Positions 7,288 to 12,135 of a stretch of 12,135 nt of DNA are shown in pieces. The stretch is from NCBI GenBank assembly GCA_049472335.1, contig JBLIRO010000117.1:1-12135 (forward strand). Direction: 5' to 3'. Origin of the DNA: a bacterium (GTDB lineage Bacteria > SZUA-182 > DTGQ01 > JAFGSM01). Within the stretch, counting starts at the first letter, position 1. Each line of letters opens with the position of its first letter. The position numbers were made by a program, and so were the translations under genes. The notes beneath the pieces are model-generated. The model had not been told where the DNA came from. It saw only the letters and a program-made list of their open reading frames with translations, and did no database searches.

Positions 7288-7753
7288 CGGATACCTCCAT
7301 AGGGGTAATTAATTCTATCCTCTTACAATATCCCTCTTTTATGTTTATCCCATTTATAAGTTCCATTTTTTTAAAATTAGCTAAGTGTTTTAAATTCCAA
7401 CTAATTAAAGCATCCATCTCGAAGACAGTTGCAGTTGCAGCATGGATTGCATCATCAATCTTATGAGCAGGAAGAACTCCCTCCAAAATATATTTATTGG
7501 CAAGCTCTATAATCTCTTCATTGATTATCAATCTCTTAGGTTGATATTTTTTAATAATGTTTAAAAGTTCATTTCTTTTTTGAGGATTGGCCTTTCTAAT
7601 CTCCTCAATTACAATATCAGATATGAATATTTCATATTCATTATGGGCAATTTTGCCAAAAAATTTCAATGTTACCTCTTTCTTCTCAGGAGCATCATCT
7701 GCAAAATAAAAATTCCAAGTCGATGTTTCAATATATAATTTTGGTTTTCTCAT
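7274..7753 (-). CDS. PIN-domain (VapC-like) ribonuclease
   Basis: LYIETS (E replaces the first Asp), ISDIVIEEI, DDAIHAATA, DALISWNLKHL. Confidence 0.88.
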   Translation of the reverse strand: MRKPKLYIETSTWNFYFADDAPEKKEVTLKFFGKIAHNEYEIFISDIVIEEIRKANPQKRNELLNIIKKYQPKRLIINEEIIELANKYILEGVLPAHKIDDAIHAATATVFEMDALISWNLKHLANFKKMELINGINIKEGYCKRIELITPMEVSDEEQ

Positions 7754-7779
7754 AACTTATCCTTTAAATATCTATCTTA

Positions 7780-7808
7780 ATTATACAACATTCATAAATT
7801 TGTTTCTA
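7780..7808 (-). promoter_or_regulatory. sigma70-type promoter of the PIN operon
   Basis: TAGAAA (7808-7803), 17 nt, TATAAT (7785-7780); SD AAGGA before the ATG at 7753. Confidence 0.55.
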
Positions 7809-7874
7809 TATTTCGTTCAATATACATATAGACGGGTGTCAAGGGAATGGAGACAAGTGAATGGAAAGCAGTAT

Positions 7875-7905
7875 ACTGAAACTGACAGTAAGACTCTCAT
7901 ACCCA
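7875..7905 (+). repeat. 31-nt fragment of the 6314/11392 gene family
   Basis: ACTGAAACTGACAGTAAGACTCTCATACCCA versus ACTGAAACTGACAATAAGACTGCCATACCCA at 6901-6931 (28/31). Confidence 0.8.
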
Positions 7906-7986
7906 GGACGCGAGGGGGGACGGTGTTAGTTTATTAGTTTAACCTGTTTTTCACAAAAATTTATCTCTATTGAAATCATTGACTAT

Positions 7987-8133
7987 TCAAAAGATCAATG
8001 CGCCTAACCATTCCTTGAAGTAAAGCACACGGTCCTTTTGGGACGGTTCAATGAGAAACAGTTCAATATCCTGAGCTAATATTTTAAAATCAAGTTTTTT
8101 TGATTTCTCCTTGAGTTTCTTAATCAGTAGGGC
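7987..8133 (-). pseudogene. C-terminal fragment of a probable AbiEii-type nucleotidyltransferase toxin
   Basis: Translates ALLIKKLKEKSKKLDFKILAQDIELFLIEPSQKDRVLYFKEWLGALIF*; LDF..LA.D..FL..P....RV..F resembles AbiEii C-termini as I recall them; no start codon (in-frame stop at 8163-8161). Confidence 0.6.
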
Positions 8134-8416
8134 AAGCAGGGATGATTCTTGACTTGCCTTTTAAAACAAATGGTCTAATATACGAAACTATCTTGGATTG
8201 AAAAAATTCTAAATTTTTAAATGATAATATTTTTATTATTATTCTGTTTTACCCGGTTAATAGCTCCAATAGCATTATTTACATTTCCTTATATTTTTGA
8301 ACAACCGAGCATAAATAATATCTCTGGGATGTCTAATCGTATCGGATAAAAGGGATCATGAGTCTTTTCATCAGATGAGGAAAGTTACTTCAGACAAGAT
8401 AAAATATTTTTAACCT

Positions 8417-8803
8417 TTACTTGTGAAAATACTCAATAACCTTTTCAACAAAATTCTTACCATTTATGAGCATCTCTTCAGCCTCTTCATTTGAGATTAC
8501 AAATGTATATTCATAATCCCCTATTTGCCTTTTAGTAAAGCCCCTATTAAGCTCTCTTCCCATTTCTTTAGAAAAAATACCCTGTTTAACAAAATGCTCG
8601 CCAAAGGCAGCAATTACTCCTTTATGTGATGAAAAGGAAAGATCCTTTGTAAGTAAAAGGGCCTGAACAGAAAAAAACATTGCATAGTAAGTTCTAGAAA
8701 CCGAGGATTCATAGTCCCCTTCTAAAAGCAGCAATTTAGCACTTTTAAGATATCTATTTGCCCTTTGAATTAAAGATTCAATCTCTGAATCTTTCTCCTT
8801 CAT
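8417..8803 (-). CDS. HEPN-domain protein (MNT-HEPN pair)
   Basis: RA..YL.SA.LL, SRTYYAMF, SHKGVI..F...FVK.G, RQIGDY; ATGA overlap with MNT at 8800-8803. Confidence 0.9.
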   Translation of the reverse strand: MKEKDSEIESLIQRANRYLKSAKLLLLEGDYESSVSRTYYAMFFSVQALLLTKDLSFSSHKGVIAAFGEHFVKQGIFSKEMGRELNRGFTKRQIGDYEYTFVISNEEAEEMLINGKNFVEKVIEYFHK

Positions 8804-9114
8804 GCTGGAATTCCTTCCTTTCTTATGTTTATTAGTAATGGGCTATTAATTTTCAAATACTTATTTTCTGATATGGGATAGACGGCTATTAATAGATTAT
8901 ATTTCAAGTTAATTTCCGTGATAATATCTATCATTCTATCAATTTCTTTTCCTGGAATAACCTCACCTCTTAGGACAACGAGGATATCAATATCAGAATC
9001 CTCATCTTCATCACCCCTTGCCCACGATCCATACAGAATAACTTTTTTTAATCTTTTACCATACAACTTACTGATTTCCTTTTTAAATTCACTCAATATC
9101 TCTTTTAATTCCAT
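8800..9114 (-). CDS. Minimal nucleotidyltransferase (MNT) domain protein
   Basis: VILYGSWARGD.DEDSDIDILVV motif; C-terminal NIRKEGI. Confidence 0.92.
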   Translation of the reverse strand: MELKEILSEFKKEISKLYGKRLKKVILYGSWARGDEDEDSDIDILVVLRGEVIPGKEIDRMIDIITEINLKYNLLIAVYPISENKYLKINSPLLINIRKEGIPA

Positions 9115-9179
9115 GTTTTCTCACTTTCCAGTATGGACACCCACTTCGGGGAAAGATTCATGTCTATTAATAATTTCAT
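9105..9179 (-). pseudogene. Truncated DUF5615 (VapC45-like PIN) toxin
   Basis: ATG at 9179 overlaps the DUF433 stop (ATGA); MKLLIDMNLSPKWVSILESEKTWN* matches the MK.L.D.NLSP.W N-terminus of this family and ends after 24 aa inside the MNT start. Confidence 0.8.
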
Positions 9180-9412
9180 TTTGATGCCGAAACTAGCGGA
9201 ACATCGATTTCCTCTACACGCCATGCTGCATAGGCAAGCGCCTCGCTAATATCTTCTGCTTCCAGGTAATGGTATAGTGCCAGAATTTCCTCTTTGGTGT
9301 GTCCAGATGCAACAAGTCCAACTATAGTCCCCACAGTTACCCGCATGCCACGAATGCAGGGTTTTCCACCCATGACACCAGGATCAAAACTAATTCTTGT
9401 TAATGACTTCAT
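9176..9412 (-). CDS. DUF433 family antitoxin (VapB45-like)
   Basis: RI..DP.VMGGKPCIRGMRVTV..I...VASG....EIL..Y..L..EDI.EAL.YAA; SD GGAGG at 9424-9420. Confidence 0.93.
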   Translation of the reverse strand: MKSLTRISFDPGVMGGKPCIRGMRVTVGTIVGLVASGHTKEEILALYHYLEAEDISEALAYAAWRVEEIDVPLVSASK

Positions 9413-9451
9413 TTTCAGACCTCCACTGATAAATATGTATTCCTAAATAAC

Positions 9452-9480
9452 ACTATAGCTTGTTGCACCTTTTAGTGCAA
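9452..9480 (-). promoter_or_regulatory. sigma70-type promoter of DUF433-MNT-HEPN with overlapping inverted repeat
   Basis: TTGCAC (9480-9475), 17 nt, TATAGT (9457-9452); TTGCAC-N6-GTGCAA inverted repeat at 9463-9480. Confidence 0.65.
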
Positions 9481-9615
9481 GTTATTTTCTTTTTGGTGTT
9501 TTCTTTTTGGTTGACAATAAAGCATAAGTGAGATCACCTACAAAGGTTTTGTCAAGGAGGAAAAAAGAAGTGTCAAGGGGACGCCCTTTGAGAGCATTTA
9601 AAAGCTTGTAGAAAG

Positions 9616-9682
9616 CAAGTAGGGACTTGATTTGCCTTTTTATTAATGAAGGCTATAGGGTATCATGGGATCTCAATTGGAC
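9616..9682 (+). repeat. Diverged copy of 6690-6761 (GGGAC motif plus downstream tail)
   Basis: Both read CAAGTRGGGAC...TTGAYTTGCCTTTTTAWTAATGAAGGCTATAGGGYATCATG...TCTCAAWTGGAC. Confidence 0.85.
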
Positions 9683-9892
9683 AATACTTTTGAGAATATT
9701 TCAATGTTTTCAAAAAATGAAACTGATAAAAATTTTAGAAAATTAGCAAATTCATTAGGACAATAAAGTTATATGAGCTTTAAAATTATAATTGTATTTT
9801 CTTTTGTATTTTATATAAAAAGTAACATGCTTCTATTTGAATGTCTATAAAATGAATTTCGTTTCTCTTTTTGGTTATTTTTAACTAATATC

Positions 9893-9921
9893 AATATAGA
9901 AACCTCCAACTTATTTGTCAA
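9893..9921 (-). promoter_or_regulatory. Orphan near-consensus sigma70 promoter
   Basis: TTGACA (9921-9916), 17 nt, TATATT (9898-9893); only tiny ORFs found immediately downstream. Confidence 0.55.
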
Positions 9922-9961
9922 GCTAATTAATTGAATGTCATCCTAGTAGAGAATAATCCTA

Positions 9962-10148
9962 CTAACCTGTTATATTCTATATACTTTTTTTGCCTTTCAG
10001 ATTCGGCCATTTACCATTGGCATACTCTTGTTGGAATATCCAATCATGATTATGGCAGAGTTCAGGATCCTTGTTTCAAATAAGGACAGAAAAATGCAAT
10101 GGATGACCTGCGCTGCTTTTTAAGGCCAACCGGGGCCAAACCGGGATG
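9962..10148 (+). pseudogene. Diverged, frameshifted, truncated copy of the ABM gene 5' end and its promoter region (3350-3537)
   Basis: TTGGCATACTCTTGTT at 10017-10032; ATG at 10046, MIMAEFRILVSNKDRK, then A6->A5 frameshift; homology ends at 10148. Confidence 0.9.
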
Positions 10149-10149
10149 G

Positions 10150-10203
10150 GAGGAATTAAGGAGACATAATATCTAATCTCATTATGCAAAAATAGCAGGA
10201 ATA
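10150..10203 (+). repeat. ~54-nt junction repeat, copy A (copy B at 11719-11773)
   Basis: GAGGAAYTAAGGRGACATAATATYTAATCTCATTATGC...AATAGCARGAATA shared by both loci. Confidence 0.9.
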
Positions 10204-10235
10204 TTATCAACTCGCTTCCCATATAGTTCCACAAT

Positions 10236-10320
10236 GGGGTCTTGAAATATAAAAACCTATAAGTCCACATATTCAATGATTATTCTGAAATCTGCTTTCA
10301 ATATTTCAAGACCTAATCCC
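10236..10320. mobile_element. Putative 85-bp miniature element bounded by inverted GGGGTC-type ends
   Basis: GGTCTTGAAATAT (10238-10250) and ATATTTCAAGACC (10301-10313) form a perfect 13-bp inverted repeat; the right end reads GGGATTAGGTCTTGAAATAT on the minus strand. Confidence 0.5.
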
Positions 10321-10373
10321 ACTTAATCTCTTGCAAAAAAACTAAAATATTACAAATAATCAAATTTAGAAAT

Positions 10374-10793
10374 TTATTTCCATGGGTTTAGGAGTGATAC
10401 ACTTGTATTTTCCATATCTACGATATTTCTCGTAACAACGATTAATCCGTAAAATATACCAGTTGCTGCAATAAGTAAATCAATAGCGGGTATTGTGATA
10501 CCTTGCTTTTCTGAGTTACCTTGAATTTTACCCCAAACTTTGGCTACTTCAGTATTTATATCCAAGATCCTTCCTGAAAATCTTTCCCTCAACTCATTAT
10601 CTATCCAGGACTGAAGCTCATTCTTTCTTTTTGATTCAGAAAGTTTTGAAATACCTTTCTGAATTTCTCCAATTGTCAAGACACTTAAATAAAAAGAATT
10701 TTCCTGACAAGATGTGATCCAGTTAATAACATTTCTATTGGGATTAGATTTTATCATTTCAGAAATAACGCAAGTGTCGAGTAAGTAATTCAA
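10374..10793 (-). CDS. vapC: VapC-family PIN-domain toxin
   Basis: YLLDTCVISE, LSVLTIGEI.KG, IDLLIAAT, VVTRN..D, NPW; TTG start overlaps the antitoxin TGA. Confidence 0.93.
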   Translation of the reverse strand: MNYLLDTCVISEMIKSNPNRNVINWITSCQENSFYLSVLTIGEIQKGISKLSESKRKNELQSWIDNELRERFSGRILDINTEVAKVWGKIQGNSEKQGITIPAIDLLIAATGIFYGLIVVTRNIVDMENTSVSLLNPWK

Positions 10794-11041
10794 AGGTCTA
10801 CCCTCCTTGAGGGTTCCTTGCTCCTTTTTAAATCTAAGTCTATCCCATGTAAAGGAGATTTTTGAAAGAATTCAACCAAATTTATCTGTGGCTTGATTAA
10901 CTTTTTATAATCCTCTATTGATAAAATAATTACTATTTCAATACCCCTTTTTGTAACAACCTGAGGCCCTTCTTTTTGTGCCTCTTTAACTACTTCACTG
11001 AATTTATTCTTTGCATCTTGTAAGCTCCAAACCTTTTTCAT
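10790..11041 (-). CDS. Phd/YefM-family antitoxin
   Basis: WSLQDAKNKFSEVV..A...GPQ.VTKRG....ILS.EDY; start moved to ATG 11041 because GAGGTG (which contains the track's GTG) is a well-spaced SD. Confidence 0.93.
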   Translation of the reverse strand: MKKVWSLQDAKNKFSEVVKEAQKEGPQVVTKRGIEIVIILSIEDYKKLIKPQINLVEFFQKSPLHGIDLDLKRSKEPSRRVDL

Positions 11042-11065
11042 TTGCTTCACCTCGAATCATTTAAA

Positions 11066-11112
11066 CTAGACTATCTAGACAGTAGCATATAATAGAAAAT
11101 ATATTTTGTCAA
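11066..11112 (-). promoter_or_regulatory. sigma70 promoter and likely autoregulatory operator of phd-vapC
   Basis: TTGACA (11112-11107), 17 nt, TATGCT (11089-11084); CTAGAC direct repeats with palindromic CTAG cores at 11066-11071 and 11075-11080, over the predicted start site. Confidence 0.75.
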
Positions 11113-11216
11113 TCAAGTCTGAGCAAATGTCAAGCCAATGTCATGCGAAATCCGGTTAAATTGGAAGCAAGCAGAAGAAAGAAAAGCCATTAAAAAAGTC
11201 AGGTGAAAAGCCATGG

Positions 11217-11714
11217 GGTCTTTTATTATAAGGTTTTAAAACAAAAAGCAAAAAGAAGAAAAAAAGAAAAGGTTCTGGTTCTTTTCTAAATGCAGTAGAG
11301 ATCATATGATACATTTTACCCATTCTTAATTTTAATTCATATTGGGGCTTATAACCTAATAAATATTCTTTAAATAAAAAGGAAAAAGAAAATGAAATAC
11401 CTACGCCTTATGATTCTCTTCAGTCTTATATTGGTCTTAATAGGTTTCCTTTTGGTTATCACAGAATCAGGCAAAAAGCCTCTATCAATCAAAGCTACCG
11501 CCGAATTTAAACCCGAATCTATACAGGAAACTAGATTCTTCCGTGTATATTTAAATGAAACTGAAACTGATAATAAGACTGTCATGCCCATGAATGAGTA
11601 TGAATCCAAAGACGAAAAAGGGTACTTTATAGTGGGAATAATGGATGGTGATGATTATGAGCGATTACTCAATACAGGTTTTGAGATAGAAGAAGTTTCC
11701 AATCCCCTGGCTCA
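11217..11714 (+). repeat. ~0.5-kb diverged direct duplicate of 6145-6636
   Basis: Both start at GGTCTTTTATTATAAGGTTTTAAAAC and end at AATCCCCTGGCTCA. Confidence 0.95.
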
Positions 11715-11745
11715 ATTAGAGGAACTAAGGGGACATAATATTTAA
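11392..11745 (+). CDS. N-terminally membrane-anchored/secreted hypothetical protein, copy 2; probably 3'-truncated
   Basis: 8 aa differences from copy 1 over 108 aa; most of the LEELRGHNI tail is read from the junction repeat; SD weakened (AAGGAA). Confidence 0.65.
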   Translation: MKYLRLMILFSLILVLIGFLLVITESGKKPLSIKATAEFKPESIQETRFFRVYLNETETDNKTVMPMNEYESKDEKGYFIVGIMDGDDYERLLNTGFEIEEVSNPLAQLEELRGHNI

Positions 11746-11977
11746 TCTCATTATGCTAGAAATAGCAAGAATAGAAAAGGGGGAAAGGGGACGATTCTGT
11801 TTTTTATTTTTCTCTTGTCGAAACAACAATTATTGTGGTTTGCCAAAATCCCATCTGGGATCAAAACATCACTGCTCCAATACTCAAGTAAAACAATTTG
11901 TTAGCCAGAATTTAAGACTAATTAATGACTAAAGCTGGGATATGATAATCAATATTGAACCTTATATTGGTAAAAAG

Positions 11978-12133
11978 TTAATATGCCGGGAAAGACAGAG
12001 ACTCTTCTTTATACGGCATCTCCATTATCTGCAACCAGTCATTTTCCCAGTATCCGAATTGATGTTCCTGGTGCATCATCGGCACCTTAACGGCGGCCTC
12101 GGTCATCAGCCAAAACTCCATTTCCCGTGTGTC
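11978..12133 (-). pseudogene. Serpin-family gene entering from the right edge and ending prematurely
   Basis: DTREMEFWLMTEAAVKVPMMHQEHQFGYWENDWLQIMEMPYKEESLSFPAY*; T...F......V.VPMM.Q...F.Y......I.E.PY....LS is the serpin gate/breach region; the expected M..LLP and reactive-centre loop are absent. Confidence 0.8.
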
Positions 12134-12135
12134 AC

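Noticed and set aside
8002..8021. GCCTAAC-CATTC-CTTGAAGT as a left half attC, and GGGACGG at 8040 as a junction motif
   Set aside because: No matching L'/R' half; both lie within the minus-strand AbiEii-like coding fragment, which explains the sequence better.
8221..8349. 42-aa hydrophobic ORF MIIFLLLFCF... as a type I toxin
   Set aside because: No SD or clear promoter; hydrophobic ORFs arise easily in T-rich DNA.
6202..11609. ORFs 6202-6432, 8918-9184, 10076-10276, 11370-11609
   Set aside because: Antisense shadows of real genes or read-through across repeat junctions.
5650..12135. Integrase, transposase or reverse transcriptase gene for the island
   Set aside because: No ORF or fragment with tyrosine/serine recombinase, DDE, HUH or RT motifs was found; any enzyme must be encoded outside the window.

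Overview
The window has two halves. Left (1-5.65 kb): the 3' part of a very large sigma54-dependent enhancer-binding protein (helical/TPR-like region, GAF, PAS, AAA+ with GAYTGA, Fis-type HTH), tandem palindromic operators plus a sigma54-like promoter, a small ABM/monooxygenase-fold gene and a modular secreted protein. Right (5.65-12.1 kb, visibly more AT-rich): an accessory patchwork. It holds three intact toxin-antitoxin-type pairs (PIN + small partner, MNT-HEPN, Phd-VapC) and a DUF433 antitoxin with a truncated DUF5615 toxin, all on the minus strand. It also holds gene fragments (AbiEii-like tail, serpin, a second ABM 5' end, four pieces of one membrane-anchored gene). Most junctions between these pieces carry a plus-strand GGGG(A/T)C-core motif, often inside a short inverted repeat and often preceded by stuttered, variably truncated copies of itself. 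This junction grammar is the most interesting signal and suggests a fragment-capture/shuffling process, possibly run in trans by an HUH (Y1/RAYT-like) enzyme; no such enzyme is visible in the window. All family calls come from motif recognition by eye, not database searches.
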